A stretch of DNA of 63,409 nt, filler included, from Choristocarpus tenellus KU-1152 (GCA_964200185.2; 10 parts of 10 records of this genome joined end to end with filler, not necessarily neighbours in it); one strand, 5' to 3'; positions 1 to 14,303 are shown, counted from the whole stretch's first letter. Notes: generated by a model not told the origin, from the letters alone. Numbers and translations are program-made.

Positions 1-552
1 ATTAAAAAAATTGAGAATAGATCTTTTCATTAAGGATGTGCTTGACCCAAAATTGACTGGGATAAAGTGTCGATATGTTTTTTTTTGTATTAATGTAATA
101 TATATATATATATATATCCTCAATGAAAATCTCCATCATTCTCAATTTTTGAAATCGGCTGTTTAAACTATAACACTCCCTTAAATAATAGTAATTACTA
201 TCTTATATACACATTGCTGCTGTGCCTCCAACCTAGCTTAGCCCTACACAAGTGGGCGAGGAGGTAAGAAACCTTCCAATAATCTGACAACCCCCTTATT
301 GCCCTGGTGTCTCGGACTTGAAATGCGTAACACGTCTCAAGAGAGTCACCTGTGTAATATGTTGCCCTTTTAAACATAACATACATTATGGCAAAGCACA
401 AAATGTTATGGTACTTCCTCTAATCGGAATTGAATGTATCATACCCTTTCCAACCGGTATGAAATAAGGTTTTTTCATATGATGATATTTTATGAATGTA
501 TTGTGCAGAGAAAGGTTGCCCACCAAAATCTCAAGCAAAATGGGGCAGCCTA

Positions 553-702
553 GAAGAGCAGATTTCAAAAATTGAGGATGGAGATTTTCATTGAGGTATA
601 ATTATAATACAAAAAAACATATCGATACTTTCTCCCAGTCAATTTTGGGTCAAGCCCATCCTCAATGAAAAGCTCCATCCTCAATTTTGAAATCTGCTGT
701 TC
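553..702. mobile_element. MITE with ~30-bp TIRs and TA target duplication; a second, inverted partial copy lies at ~1-165
   Basis: GAAGAGCAGATTTCAAAAATTGAGGATGGAG ... CTCCATCCTCAATTTTGAAATCTGCTGTTC, flanked by TA (551-552, 703-704). Bases 1-165 match its reverse complement. Confidence 0.7.
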
Positions 703-704
703 TA

Positions 705-2110
705 AACCTATCAATAATTCCTTCCCAAAAGCCCTCCAAAACTCGATTCCAGCATGGTATTTCACTGCATCCACCGGGGCATTCAGGGGGGACTTGCTCA
801 CCTTCTTAGCCTTTTCCTTGCTAAGATAAGGAATTTTAAAGACGCCACCCTTGGACCCCAGCACTTCACTGTAGACTGCGAAGAGGCTCTGCCAAATGCA
901 CTCTAGTGTCTCACGGGTGTACAAATCGAACACCTCCATTGTGGCCTCCACCAACTCCTCTGTGTTGGTCACCCCTACATCTTCCTTCAGTTGCTGGATG
1001 GAAGGAAGGAATCCCAGGTAGTTGACATTGAGGTCAGGTGAGTTGGGTGGTTGGGTCTCTATGACATTGTTGTCCCCCCGCCGCCTCCTCAATTGCATCC
1101 ATGATTCCCCCCTTGGTGTGTGGATTTTCCCTGTCCTGGTGCACGAAGATGGTAAGTTCTTCCAGCCTAGGCATGCAGGTCTTGATTGACGGGACAAAAT
1201 CCTCAATCTTGAGCTTCTGATACCTCTCCCCGTCCACCATTGCTGGCACAAGCAACTTGGTGCCTTTTGGGGTGGTGTTTGCTGGAGCGCTGAGTGACCT
1301 TGGTGTCCATGATTAGCCAGGTCCCGATCTTCCCATCGAGCCACACCCCGTTGGAGAGTTTCCTGGGGCTGGTCACGCCTGCAATGGGGATTTGGGGGGG
1401 TCCTCATTGAGGTGCAGGTAAAGACTTTACCCAACTTTGAGGATGTAAAACTAGTTTTCATCCACACGCACGCGATCATGTAGATCTACTATTACCCAAC
1501 TTCCCCCCCTCTTGTTCGTGTGACTGATGACAAAACCCACCCTGTTGACTTTCTACTAGTCTGAGAGGACTGGCTTAATCCACCACTTCACCTTCTTCAC
1601 CTTCTCGTGCTTGCATTGATCACACAACGAGGCAAGGGAGACCCTAGATTTGGCTGTCATTTGCGGAAGGATGTGTGGTGTACCAATGTAACATCCCAAA
1701 TATTGAGAGTAATTGTACGGAAGACACACTGCTTCTTGCAATTTTGTACAAGGACCATGCATTCACCCCGTTCAATCTAGCTGTCATACTCCTGGTGATT
1801 TGGGAAATTCCAAAGTCCCCTGCAATGGCTGCTGCCGTCTCCCAAGGCATCCAAGTCTCATGCCCTCTCGCCTCCAGACATTGTGTCATCTCGCTGTTCT
1901 CTGTCGGGGTGTTTGAGTCTGGACTCTGCACAGACTTCTGGGTCAAAGAATTGAGACCGATGGGCGACAGCAGGATGAGCAAGATGCTCAAACGATCGGA
2001 AGCCTTCATCCTAGGTATCCCAGAAAACAGCCGCCTTGAGAGTTTCTCAAGGTTTTTGAACCCTGTCAAACGCAACTTGATCGATTTTGCACCGGTCATC
2101 CTCCGCAATC
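705..2110 (-). pseudogene. Degenerate Tc1/mariner (plant/oomycete-type, DD37-39D-like) transposase
   Basis: Motifs are spread over several frames: RVDEN*FY (cf. HVDEKWFY), IFVHQDRENPH (cf. IQQDNAxPH) and QPPNSPDLNVNYLGFLPSIQ (cf. QPPNSPDLNVLDLGFFxSIQ). Stops and frameshifts are present, and the third catalytic D appears mutated to Y. Confidence 0.85.
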
Positions 2111-2350
2111 ATGATAGCCCACCATCTCAAAATTTGCACGTCTCCCAATCTACATTAGAACTAAACCTGGCCCAGAAGATTTATCACGTGGGTCGTTCCC
2201 AAGCGAGAACGGAGCTTTCAAAAGTTACTTTACATTTAGCTCCGAATGGAGGAAGTGTAAGATAATATGGGTTTGTTTTTGTGCAACACAATCATAATCT
2301 TAATATGGGTTAACACTCTCCAAACAAAGTGTTGTTATTGTGCCATAACA

Positions 2351-2607
2351 GAATCCAAGTAAATGAGAGGTACCCAAGTTTGGGGCGTTTTGCATTTTAA
2401 GTCATTTTTTCATTTTTTTGTAATTCACTCATATATAATTCTATGAATGGAGTCCACAGTTTGACTTGAGAGGATCTATTTCTCCATTGAGACTTTTCGA
2501 CAGAAATTCAGAAGCTATCCTAAGCACTGTTATAAAAAAGCCGACTTTTGCACATATTTGTCAACATCCTCAAAATGTAACTGATTACCTCTCGTTTACT
2601 TTGACTT
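2351..2607. mobile_element. MITE family C (diverged copy)
   Basis: TIR-like ends GAATCCAAGTAAATGAGAG / CTCTCGTTTACTTTGACTT; internal similarity to 3073-3325 and 6436-6705. Confidence 0.65.
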
Positions 2608-3072
2608 GATATACCCTTACAAAAATCTGTTTACCAGCGTAGGATGAGAATACAAAGACTTGCCTATTATTGTTGCCAGAGAGGAGGAATTGCACTACTC
2701 TTCTTTACACAGGTCGGTATTGATGAGCAGAGTGAGCAACAGGACCGCCCTCATCGTCTCAAGTAGGACTTTCGAAAATGTACATACCTGTACCTACCTA
2801 CTGCCGTCGTTGTTGTGGCAGAAATCGTTATGAGTACATGCTTCCTTGCAAGATTGCGCGATCACAGGTTGTGCAAAACGTGTATGTATATATATGTACA
2901 TAATGATAATCCAAGTAATGTGCGCTCAATGATTGAAGATTTCAGGAAAAGGGGTCAAGAAGTTCCTATTTTCTGGAGGGGTTGGATCATGTATCCTCTT
3001 ATATGATGCACTTATCCCCTTGTTGCTGCGCAATCGGCATGTCTCTCTTGGTTGAACGCACACGTTGGCAGT

Positions 3073-3325
3073 GAGCCAAGGTAAACGAGAAGTACCCAGG
3101 TTTGACCGTTTCGTATTTTAACTTTTTTTTTATTTTTCGCAATTCACCCAGATTTTTGTGGATGAATTGCTAAGTTCGACTTGAGAACGTTGACTTCTCC
3201 ATTGTTTGCAAGATTTCGACATAATTCAGAAAATACCCTGTTTGTATTTTTGTTAAGTAGAACATTGCACATATTGTCAGCATCATTAAAACCCAACTCC
3301 GGATACCTCTCGTTTACTTTGACTC
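3073..3325. mobile_element. MITE family C, 3-bp TSD AGT
   Basis: agt-GAGCCAAGGTAAACGAG ... CTCGTTTACTTTGACTC-agt. Confidence 0.8.
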
Positions 3326-4479
3326 AGTAGTAACAATAATAGCAGTAGTACTAGTAGCAATGTTATGGTCGATTTCTGCAGATGCTCCATATGATTAACA
3401 AACAGCTGCATACCGACCACATTATTGTGAACTTTATTTAATAGACCTGGTCCAAAAAAAGATGAACAGGTCTGGTTTGTTCTGAAGATAGAGGACATGG
3501 TTTCATTCTCACACTCTCTTTCATCTTTCGTCAGCCTAACAAAAAAAGGTTCTGCCATACCGCGTAACAAATCGCGTAGCAGGTGCAAGGATCAGTGTGT
3601 CCTCAGTCAATGCTCGATTCTGTCAATCAAGATCATGAAGTTGGAAGGATGACTTGAGTACACTCCACAGTCTAAATCACTTCTAAGATTATGTCATGCC
3701 CGAGAGATCACACTCACATTACGTGTACACTCGCTAAAATGATATCCTCCCACAAGATGGATCAGAGTGGAAGATGATCACTATCAGTTTCCCTCATGAA
3801 GAGTAGGCCCTGTTGGACATTTCATTATCAGTAATCATCAGTCAAGTACAACCCTATAACACAGGTCGAAACGTAGATAGTCCTTGCATATGGTACTTGA
3901 TATCATCACAAATAGCGGACAAATGGTAGGATGGATGTATTGACACCCTTTGTAGCCAAAGTAAATGAGAAGTACCCAAGGTTGCATTATAAGGATGCTG
4001 ACAATTATGTGCAAAATTCGGCTTTCTTACGAAAGCGTATGGGAACTTTTCTGACTTCTACTGAAAATTATTTTGAAAAGACTAATCAGATAAAGATTAA
4101 TCAGATCCTTTCATGCGAATCTTAGTACATCAATCACAACAACGAGGTTAGATTATAAAATATGCAAAAAGTGACTTAAAATGGGAAAGTTTATGAAGTA
4201 ATCTGAGTATTGTGGGCGGAAGAATTCTGGTTGGTTGGGGGCACAGGGCAAGGAAGAGGACAGGAAAGAAATAAAAGTATTAAGGAGGGAACGAAGAGTT
4301 AAGATTAAGGGGTTAAGAAAGTAGGTGGCAGATGGAGGCACACGGGGAGAAGGAACGAACAGTATTGAATCGAATGAGGAAACCTGAGGCTGAGGGACAA
4401 GACGAGGAAGGTTAGATCAAGAGGACCCCCGAGCAAGCGTTCCCGCCCACCCGCCCTGTCGCTTGCTCACGACCGACTT

Positions 4480-4880
4480 GGATCTTAGGGTGGGAGGGGA
4501 GGTCAAGTTCGGGCGGGGTAGATGTCTTCGAGCTCAAAGGCACGGTATGAAAGGGATGATAAAAGGGGGTTCTTGGACGATTGTGGAGTGGTGTTGAGTG
4601 GTGTTGAATGGTATGGTGGAGTGGTAAGTGGGGTGGGGTTGAGTGGGGTTGAAATAGGTGGTAGAGACTGGAAATCAGTGGCGAAAGGGGTCGCACTGGT
4701 TGGTCATCAGATGTGGGGTGACTGGAAATCAGGGGCGAAGGGGGTTCAACCTGGTTGGTCATCAGGTGAAGGGAGTGACTGGAAATCAGTGGCGAAGAGG
4801 TCGCACTGGTTGGTCACAAAGGTTGTTAGAATATGGGGAGAAAAGGGAACAGGGAGGAATACAAATGTAGAATAAAATAA
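4480..4880. repeat. Dispersed repeat carrying an internal ~53-bp minisatellite; inverted homolog at ~22120-22509
   Basis: GACTGGAAATCAGTGGCGAAGGGGTCGCACTGGTTGGTCA units recur about 3 times here and about 4 times (reverse complement) at 22160-22380. Confidence 0.7.
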
Positions 4881-5716
4881 TAATCCTGAATTCGTGAGCA
4901 AAACAAAGGATATTGCTTTTGAGTGTTACAGTCGAATTCCGTCTGAAGACAATACGTACTAAATACTCACTAAAATCGTGTTCTGAACCAATAGTTAAAA
5001 AAGTACAGACATAATTTCTTTATAAGAACAACTGCTAGAGGCGACAGGGGTGTGTGGATAGTCGTGAACTAACTATTGTCAAAGATACCCAACACCAGAC
5101 TAATAGGGGTCGTTTGGACGGGAGGAATTTGTAGGAGTAGAAATGGAGTGTGGAGGTGTATGGCAGCAGTGTATGCGTAATTTTTTTTCCACTAAGTGAA
5201 TACCTGGTTGTTATAGGATGGTCCATCTTCTAAGGAGGTGATCGCTATGTGAGCCACCCACAGCACAAGATTATATACTCCTAATATAATGCTAAATACA
5301 TGCCACAACCCTCCCCAGCATAGGCACAGGAGGTTAACTCCTACCCAAGTAGCTTATCCTGAAGGGCAGCAGAAGTACTCCATTGTTGTAGATTTGGGAG
5401 ATGGTGAGGTTTTATCATCCCAAGGAAAAGACCATTCTCAATCGTGTCCCAACTAAATGTTGACAGAGGTACAGGATATCAATAAGTTAAGAGCCAAAGC
5501 AATGAGATGTAGGCAGGTGTGGACCCTTTTGCATTATATGAAGCCATCATTATTTATCCTGTGCAATGCAACCTATTTCATTGCTGTAGATGCACAATAA
5601 CGTAAGCAAAATTCATATTCCCCCTTTCCACACACAGATCCCAAAATTCAGCCTGCAACTTGACTAAAATGGCGCCTTTGCCATATCTCAGGATCCTTAA
5701 AATGCAAGCTTACCAA

Positions 5717-5880
5717 CAAAAGTATCTGTGGGGGGGGGGGGGGGGGGTCTACACCAAAACCAGGACAAGTGCACTTTCATTATCCATCCAACGTATGGAA
5801 CCGAATCACCCAAAAATCGTGACATGAAAAAGTCGACCTCTAAAGGATAGCCGCCGCCACCCCCCAGACACTTTGAGCCA
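5717..5880. mobile_element. MITE family A copy
   Basis: AAAGTATCTG-polyG ... CCCCCAGACACTTTGAGCC; internal homology to 16649-16826. Confidence 0.65.
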
Positions 5881-6435
5881 GGGTCAAAAACGGAATCTGG
5901 CACCTCCCCCCCCAGATACTTTGACCCTTACCTACCTCTCAATCACATTGGCTCAAAGTGCCACTAGGCACCCTCACCATATAATAATAAAATAGAAAGT
6001 CTCCGTAGAAAAATATATCCACCACTTCGAATCAGGAGATTGCTAATAATAGTACCATCTTTGAGGAAAACGTTTGAGTCCGAAATCAAACACTTGTCGA
6101 GATACAGATGCCATTTTTTCAACAACATAGGAGGGCGTGCTACTCAGGGATACACATGGAGCTGCAATTTAACTGAAATGTATTGGCTAGCCGCTGACGA
6201 CCCCACCTGACTGAAACCCCTTGGCTAGATGGATTGTGCACCCATTTGTTGTGCACACTGCATGATCGCCAATGTCTTGAAGCACGCCGTATAGAGCAAA
6301 CGATCTCATGTGCAGTCACAGACTACAGAGTAAACAATGAGTCGCTTCTCAAACGCACACTCTCTTTTTACAGTCTAATACACATTTACGTGTTGTACTC
6401 TGTAGACGTTGCCTTGCTACCCCAACCTGTGTGCT

Positions 6436-6705
6436 GAGCCAAAGTAAACGAGAGAGGTACCCAGGTTTTGGACTTCTTGCATTTTAAGCCACCCTTTTCG
6501 TCTTTTGCGATTCATGCACACCTCTACTGACAAAGTGCTGAGTTTGACTTGAGAGCGCTGATTTCTCTGTTGTTTGAAGAATTTCGACGCAATTCAGAAA
6601 ATATCCTACACGTTTGTAGATATATTTTTCAGAATAGACGAATCTTGCACATATTTGTCAGCATCCTAAAATGCTAGTCTGGGTATCTCTCAAATACTTT
6701 GACTC
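6436..6705. mobile_element. MITE family C copy
   Basis: GAGCCAAAGTAAACGAGAG ... CTCTCAAATACTTTGACTC. Confidence 0.75.
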
Positions 6706-6850
6706 TATGTTTTCCGGTTTTCCATCATGCCTCTCCTCCCTCGGCCCCTAACAACAGTCGCAGTGATTCATGGGGGAGCTAGAGCAAGCCTGGTGTTATC
6801 AATTTTCTCTCTTTGCAACTTGGAATTGTGGACTCTGATCCCCACAAATG

Positions 6851-7029
6851 GACCCAAAATATCTGAGGGGGTGGGGGTGGTCTACACTAGTGTGTCCATT
6901 TGGGTCAAAATCGGGAAAAGTGCATTTACATTATCCATCCGACGTATGCAACCAAATCACCCAAAAACCGCGACATGAAAAGTTGACTCCAAATGAACAG
7001 CCGCCACCCCCCGTCAGATACTTTGAGCC
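6851..7029. mobile_element. MITE family A copy
   Basis: GACCCAAAATATCTGAGGGG ... CCCCGTCAGATACTTTGAGCC. Confidence 0.75.
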
Positions 7030-8102
7030 AACGTACACTGCTGGCAAGTTGTTCCTATCAGATTCACTCACTCGGTCGCTCTTCAGTATTCTTGTTCTCT
7101 TTACACAGTCAGTCAGTCTGAACTCTAACAGCACACCATATATCGCCTTCTTTCATGCGGATTTACTGGGAAAATTGAGAACAGCTCCAAAAAGTGGGCA
7201 TGCTTTAGAAGCTCGCTTATCGTTCCCTATTATCTTGTAGACGTAGTCCAGAAAAAGGTCAACCAAGTACAGAGTAAGACCAGAAGATACCGCCTTTCGT
7301 AGGTTACGGTATCACTTCACCGTATAGGGGAATAGACAAAGCAACATGGTATGTGGCACGGAAGAAAATGCTAGATGTTCTCAATGTTTCCTCTAACCAC
7401 ATTTATTAGGAGAAATGTACCGCATTTACTCTACCCAATGCTAGGTAAGCCACACAATAAGATACTCTGAAAGTATCGTCACTTGTTCATAAATGCTGCT
7501 GCTCAGCTCCATCACATATCACGGGGTCAAGTTAATACTTTAGTGGCTTGGATTGCTGTCAACTTCATAGGAATTACATACACTTACCCTGACCAATTGT
7601 GACTTCCATATTCGAGACTCCATTGCTACTGCCGCTACTATTGCCATATATCTCAAGCCAGCACTACTGCCAGCTTCCCCCACTACCGTCGTTCATGATG
7701 CCAACTGACACCACTGGCAACGTCACCCTCAAAACTGACATCAAGACCATCACCATCAATACCAAACACCACAAAACTGTTTCCACCAACAAATCCACAT
7801 TGGTCCCTGCTTAAACACTGCCGCCTTCACTGCTGCTGCAAATGCCGCTGCCACCACTTATGCTCAGCATCCACTGTGTAGTACTTTCTTGTGGTCTCAA
7901 GGCTCCCTGTTCTTCTATAGAATGATTCCAGAGACCAGTGCAGAGGGGGAACACATTTCATCCAAAGGCGGAGGAGATACCTGGGTGAGATATATGGCTA
8001 TGTTAGGTCGAGATGTGTGCGAATTGTGGGTCAAAGTATCTGGAGGGGAGGGGTGGTTTGTGAGGGGGCGTCCGTTTCGGTCAAACAACTCTTTTTTTTG
8101 CT

Positions 8103-8201
8103 NNNNNNNNNNNNNNNNNNNNNNNNNNNNNNNNNNNNNNNNNNNNTTAATTAATTAANNNNNNNNNNNNNNNNNNNNNNNNNNNNNNNNNNNNNNNNNN
8201 N
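8103..8201. other. Artificial contig-joining linker (N-TTAATTAATTAA-N); also at ~13346, 17965, 22510, 26707, 33145, 38881, 57770, 60380
   Basis: Identical ~100-nt spacers with a six-frame-stop 12-mer; genes on either side are truncated at them. Confidence 0.95.
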
Positions 8202-8372
8202 NGGGGGGGGGGGGGGGGGGGGGTCTATGCCAGGGTGTCAATTTCGGTCAAAATAAGGAAAAGTGCATTTACATTATCCATCCAACGTATCCAACCAAAT
8301 CACCCCAAAATTGCAACATGAAAAAATGCCCCCAACTGGACAGCTGCCATTCTCCCCTAGATACTTTGAGCC
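8202..8372. mobile_element. MITE family A, partial copy at a contig edge
   Basis: Internal family-A sequence (TTACATTATCCATCC...CCAAATCACC) ending AGATACTTTGAGCC. Confidence 0.65.
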
Positions 8373-9416
8373 TGTTCTTTCAACCAAACGAGCAAACATT
8401 AAAAACCTACAAACTGCAATAGGGTTTCTTGGTGGAGGGGGGGGTTGCATCAACTGGTTGGGAGAGGGTGTGGTGCAAGATGAGAAGCGATGGGTTGTTT
8501 GATGGTTGTGTAATTCTGCCTTGTGCCTTCCTCAAATTTAAGGTACTCTTAAGGATGTATTAATTATTGCTGATGGGGGGTATCAAGTTAAAGTTCCTCC
8601 AAACAATGCATACTATTGTGACAGGAGTTTTTGAGGGCAGAGTCGGTTATTGAAGCCCGGAGTGACACTTCCTAAAAATTGGCTCTTTTCGGGCATTGAA
8701 CTCTTTGAGACAGAACCAAAACGGAATTTTGTAATGCTAACTGTGATTTGCTGCTGTTGGGGAGCTTGTTGAAATGAGGGCCAATCTAGCGCCATATTGT
8801 GTGCGTGCGCGCACTCTGTTAGCATTTAATGACGTGTCATTCCCCCCACACAGTGATGGTGATGATGGCTGTTGTTGGCTTGTTTGTTGTAACCCTGCAT
8901 GTTGTGTGCAAAGCTGTGTTATTTTCTGTACCAACAGTATTGCTACCACAAGAACTATTATATTTGCTATTAGTATTACAACAATAACAACGGTAAGGAG
9001 GACCAATAGCAGATTGAGTGGTGTTGGGGAGAAATGAGAAAGGAGGAGGCATTAGGTCCAAGACCAACACTCACTATGTAAAAGACTGATTGTGGATCAA
9101 TGCTTTCTGAACATAGTCAACATGCATCTCACAAGGCAAAGAATGGACTTATGTGTGCAGTAGTGGTAGCAGTTGTATTTGCAGTAGTTGTAGTTGTACT
9201 GAGTGGCAGTAACGCTGAAGGGATGCCCAATGTCAAAGCACTGACTGTCAGCTTTGCCGATACAACAGTGTGCGAACAAGAGCATGCTGTCATTTACAAC
9301 ACAGGAAGAACAAGAAGTGCGAAAAACATGTCTTAACCCAATTCTTGCTACTACAACCACACATCACCAAAATTCCATATGGACTTTTGTTTGCAGCCAC
9401 AACAACAATGAATAAC

Positions 9417-9594
9417 AGGTTCAGAGTATCTGGGGGGAGGGTGGCGACTGTCCATTCAGGGCCCATTTTTCCATGACACGATTTTTGAGTGATTTGGTTG
9501 CATGCGTCGGATGGATAAAGTAAGTTCACTTCTCTGGTTCAGGGCCCGAATGGACACCCTGGTGTAGACCCCACCCCCCCAGATATTTTGACTC
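9417..9594. mobile_element. MITE family A copy, reverse orientation
   Basis: GGTTCAGAGTATCTGGGG ... CCCCAGATATTTTGACTC. Confidence 0.7.
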
Positions 9595-11908
9595 TACAGG
9601 AGGGATTGGAGATATTGGACAGGAGGGGAGAGAAGACAAATATTGAATGCAAAGGACCCCCATTAATAGTTATGTCATCGACAACACCGTTTATGACACA
9701 AGGGAGGGGCAGGGGGGATTGTATGAAAGAAGACACGAAGAGAAAAGGTAGGAAATTATAAATGTGTTACGAATCCCACCACAAGCACCTCATTCAATCA
9801 CAAGAAAGCCCAGGAAGCAGATACCATTGCACGCCTCCATGGTGGGAGGGTAAAAATGTGCAACACCCATGAGCCTCCATTACCACAACACTGCAAGGGA
9901 GCGGCTGGCGAGGATCCAGTTGTTGATATGGAAGACAATGAGGGAGATGATTCTGAACGCGTTGGAACCATTTTCTGTTTCCTCTCTCTACCAGTGCTTA
10001 TGTTACAGGCAAATAGCGCGAGTATTTCTTCCCGCATTCTAACAAGCGTGAGCAGTATACACACATCGGGAACCTTATAAAGAGCAACTCTGATTTGCTA
10101 AAGGCTGCAGAGTAAGATCTGTAACATGGGGATGTTACAACAGTTTTCAGATGTATTCCAACATCTGTTAGCCAAAACAAAATAAAGTGCATATGATAAT
10201 AAAAGAAATAAAGAGGACAGCTTAATGAAAGGCCCCGCTAGAAGTGACTTCTTTTGTTTGATGCAATTTACACACTGACGTCGAAAGAAAGAAGTATCCC
10301 CTGTTCTGCTAACCTGACCGGCGTTGGATTACGTGGACTGCTGAAGTATCCTGAGAGGCTTGCACAAGCATCAGCATCTTCCACAGGCTTATGGATTGGA
10401 GTTATACATCCTTTGGAAATAAGCTCCTAGAGCGTGCTGCAACATAGAGATCCTACCTGATCTCTTCAAACTGGAGAGGGTACTCAGTATTCACCTCGGC
10501 ACTTAGGATTCTTGGTAATTCCCTACTATAGCCTGAATTTTATTCAGCTTGGTTTTGTCATCTCCCTGGATGGTTTTGGAGCATTTTCACTGATTATGGG
10601 ATTTTCTTCAGCTTGGTTTTTTCGTTTCCTTGGGTGGTCTTGGAGCACTTACATTACCTCCTAACTTGGAGGAAGGGCCTGATGTGATGGCATCTGTGGT
10701 GCCGAGGGAGGCATCATACACCTCTGATCGTAAACGAGTGGTCTCTGATCGCCATGGTATAGATGTTGCCTAGGTAGCTATTTCCTGCCATTTGTGCACT
10801 CACATCTCCGATCTGTTTTGAGTGTGTCACACATTCTTTTTATTTCACAGGTTCCGCTAGGAATCAGTGATTCGGAGAGTTTCCAGCCCAGGGCCATACT
10901 TTCCAAGAATTCCTGCTGCAGCCGTGACGGCTCAACGCGTTCATGCATCGCATCCACACAGTGGTAACTTAACCCCTTTCGGCATCGAGCTCCTTGAACA
11001 GCTCTTGTCTGACTTTCTTGTGACACACAGCGGTCCTTCTGGGTGATTTGTCTACAATCGATGTCCCACACATCACAGGTCAGCTCTTACAGGTTCCTCG
11101 AGACGACATAACAGCAACCGTGTAGGTCCATATTTTGGTGAGAGAATGCATCCCTTCTTATGGCCAGCCGAAAAACACAGTAAAGGTTGCCATGAGTTTT
11201 TTTTAATATAGAGAAAGGTGTGACGGAAGGCTGCGGTAATCGCCTAGTTTTGCACTATTGAGCATATACCGTGGACTCATGGATGCCTCATATATGAAGC
11301 TCTTTCGGGGGGGGGATACCTAGGCGAATATCAACTCATTGATTTGTACGAATGAGTCCTCCCAACTCTCCTCCTTAATGTCCTAACCAAAACGAAGTAT
11401 ACAGTATGGCATGTTTATTTTGCAAAGAAATTAGAAGCCAAACTCATCCACTAGCAATTTGACAGAATAATCGTTCGGGGAAAAAAACAGTGAACCGTGG
11501 AATTAAAGTAGAACGGATTTTTGATGATCTCATCGAGGAATTATCCGATCAAAATGCTACAAAAATTGAATTGTATAACGACTATACTCACACTGCTTTG
11601 GGTAGCATGGCAGATGCGCGTGCTATGTTTGCTAGTATGTCACACCCTTTCACTGCCTCAGCTGAAACCCCGATCATCAGGCAGGAACTGGGACTACCTT
11701 GCCAGAACAGGACATCCATGCATGATGAGGTATCAAGCCAAACTTCACTACCATACCAAGAGGTTGTGTCAACAGTGTACTGGCAACCCTTGCACCGATG
11801 CTTCAACCTGTTTTAACCCAGATCTCCTTGCCCGTTGTCGGTGCTCTCTTAAACAAATATCCTGCTTCACTTCCTGTGAAATACGGACCTCATTTATTCC
11901 AAAAAGCG

Positions 11909-12156
11909 GAGTGAAAGTATCTTAGAGGGTACGATTTTTTCTCTGTTTGTCCATTTGGGACTTGGCTTCCCATGGGGTTTTTTATTACATTTTCCTACTC
12001 CAAAATGTTTCGTAGTAGGTAAAATGTAAAAGGTGTGTCCGGAACAAGGATATTGGCACTTCCTAACAAACACGATAGCCAAATTACATCAAAATCGCAA
12101 CATTGGATTTTGGTTCCCAAATGGACACAACCCTACCATCTAAGATACTTTGACTC
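11909..12156. mobile_element. MITE family B copy, reverse orientation
   Basis: GAGTGAAAGTATCTTAGAGGGTA ... TACCATCTAAGATACTTTGACTC; homologous to 45424-45678. Confidence 0.75.
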
Positions 12157-12789
12157 AGCAATGCATCAAGACCCATTCGACCAGTCACATCCGTTCCCTA
12201 GCCTGTGCTTCGATCCCCACTTGCTTTAGCCACAGACAGGGTGAGCAATAGAAGTCGACACCAATCAGGCAAAGACCTACCTCCATGGCTCAATCAACTG
12301 CAGGATCACGTATGATGGTAGCATTAACAGATACACATCTCCTATACCTAGCAGCGATGCAAGACTTGGGACTCCCTCCACTATGCGTGAGAAGCCAAAC
12401 TGATTCGGATGCTGCAGAGTCGTCTTGAAGCTGCATCCAGGAGTCTCTGTTGGACTGTGGTTCGATAACGGGATAATTGATAGGAATGTTTATGTTGAGT
12501 GACCATGAGAATATTATTCGGGTTATTATAGTACTACAAGAAGAATCCTAGAAAGGGAAGGTTGTAGCAAATAACACAGAATGAGTGACGTGTTATTAGA
12601 ATATGAATGATAAGGTGACAAGGACCCCCCCTTTTGGACTTGGATGTTCACTCCTCCTTTCACCTTCCTTACTTCATGTACAACCTAATCAATGCAATAA
12701 GGAGTTAATCGAGTCATATACATACACAAGTCTTGGGAACATCAATTTATTTAACACTAGTCAAGTATGGATATCTGCCCTGCTATGGC

Positions 12790-13157
12790 ATCCACTCAAA
12801 GTCCACTCGAGAATGCCTATCCAGGTGCTCCTTGACACAGGTGCAAGAGGGGGGAATTACATCTCGTCTGTTTTTTGGCACAGCACTGCTCTTTGGGGGG
12901 GTGGCAACAGCTTACCACATCTCAACATAGCAGACAAAGGTAACTTACACACAGCAAACCCCAGAGGGCCCAATATTCCACCAATGCAGGTATTGGGGTC
13001 GTGCAAACTTCCAATCGTGTTTTCCCCAGAGAATAAAATGAGAAACGTGGCATTTAGGATTGTGATGGGGCTGCCTTACAAGATTATTTTAGGAGCAACA
13101 TTTTGTAGGCAACACCAGAGCATACTGTCATTTAGAAAAAAAAGTCAAGGTTTCTGA
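12790..13157 (+). pseudogene. Retroviral-like (Ty3/Gypsy) aspartic protease remnant
   Basis: VLLDTGARGGNYIS catalytic motif and the downstream YKIILGATFC motif; no intact flanking pol. Confidence 0.75.
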
Positions 13158-14303
13158 CCATCGCCACGGTCACCATGAGTACCTTTCGCAAGAGTTCTAA
13201 CGCCCAGATCCTGCAGTAGTAGTGTACCCTTGTCAGCCCTTAGCGAATGCCATTGTAGTACAAAGGAAAGTTCTAAAATACAGAAGTTGTCATACTGGAT
13301 AACAAAAATAGCAGTAATGAAGACCCAAAGTATCTGGGAGGGGGGNNNNNNNNNNNNNNNNNNNNNNNNNNNNNNNNNNNNNNNNNNNNTTAATTAATTA
13401 ANNNNNNNNNNNNNNNNNNNNNNNNNNNNNNNNNNNNNNNNNNNNCTCCCCCCCCTCCCAGATACTTTGGGTCACGTGTTCTCTACTTCAATATACTATG
13501 AAACGTTTTAGTCAAAATATTTGAATATTATAACTTGTGCGTATGCCCGTATGAGTCTTGTTTTGTCGACCAGTATTCAAAAGCTGGCAAGTTGTGAACC
13601 TTCAACTTTTACATATGAAATCCGACTTTTGACAAGTCCTAAGTAATGCTGATTGGCAAGGCTTGCCTCCTCCACAAGGAAACTGCCACACAATACAAAA
13701 AACTTTGATATCAAACATGGCAATATTTAGTACTTCACAAACCACAGGAACAGAGTACTATTCATTATATCCTCAAACAACAGAACCACCTGCTGTCACA
13801 CTCCTCTGTATATGGTAGCAAATCTCTTCTGAACAAAAAACAATACTTGAGAGTATCAAGTACTTTGACGAAATATCAGTACAGATATCAGGTCAGCATA
13901 AATCAAGAATTAGTAGCCAGTGTCTGATTCAAATTCTTGTATCTTGCCCTGATCAAATGGTGGTTCGTACGTATGTGGTATGCAATCACAGCTGTGGTCG
14001 AGCATGACATGCCAGTAGGTATTGTCACAGGGAATTGAGGTCAAGTCTAGAGAATACTATTTGATGTGAAGTGAAAAGGAAGAAAAGCGATAAAAACCAT
14101 TGCCAAGTTGGACAAGGAAGTCGACTAATGAGAGTTTTCAGAATACTAAGTATATCTTAGTAAATTTCAGAATATTCAGTTTATCCACTACATGGGATAG
14201 CTTCAAACTGATCAGCTTGAACCAGTTCGGATCACAGCTCTACATGTTTTCGTGTTCTTCTTTTCTCAATATTAGCAGTCCCCATTCTTGGTTCATCCAG
14301 TAG

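Noticed and set aside
565-704. C-terminal extension of the 304-aa transposase ORF
   Set aside because: It reads through an inserted MITE and is not transposase sequence.
8148-8159. Recurrent TTAATTAATTAA motif inside N runs
   Set aside because: Assembly or concatenation linker, not biology.
9800-11900. Decayed coding-like sequence (also 3330-3900, 29500-30850, 40650-41900)
   Set aside because: Probably old TE remnants, but there is no diagnostic motif I can defend.
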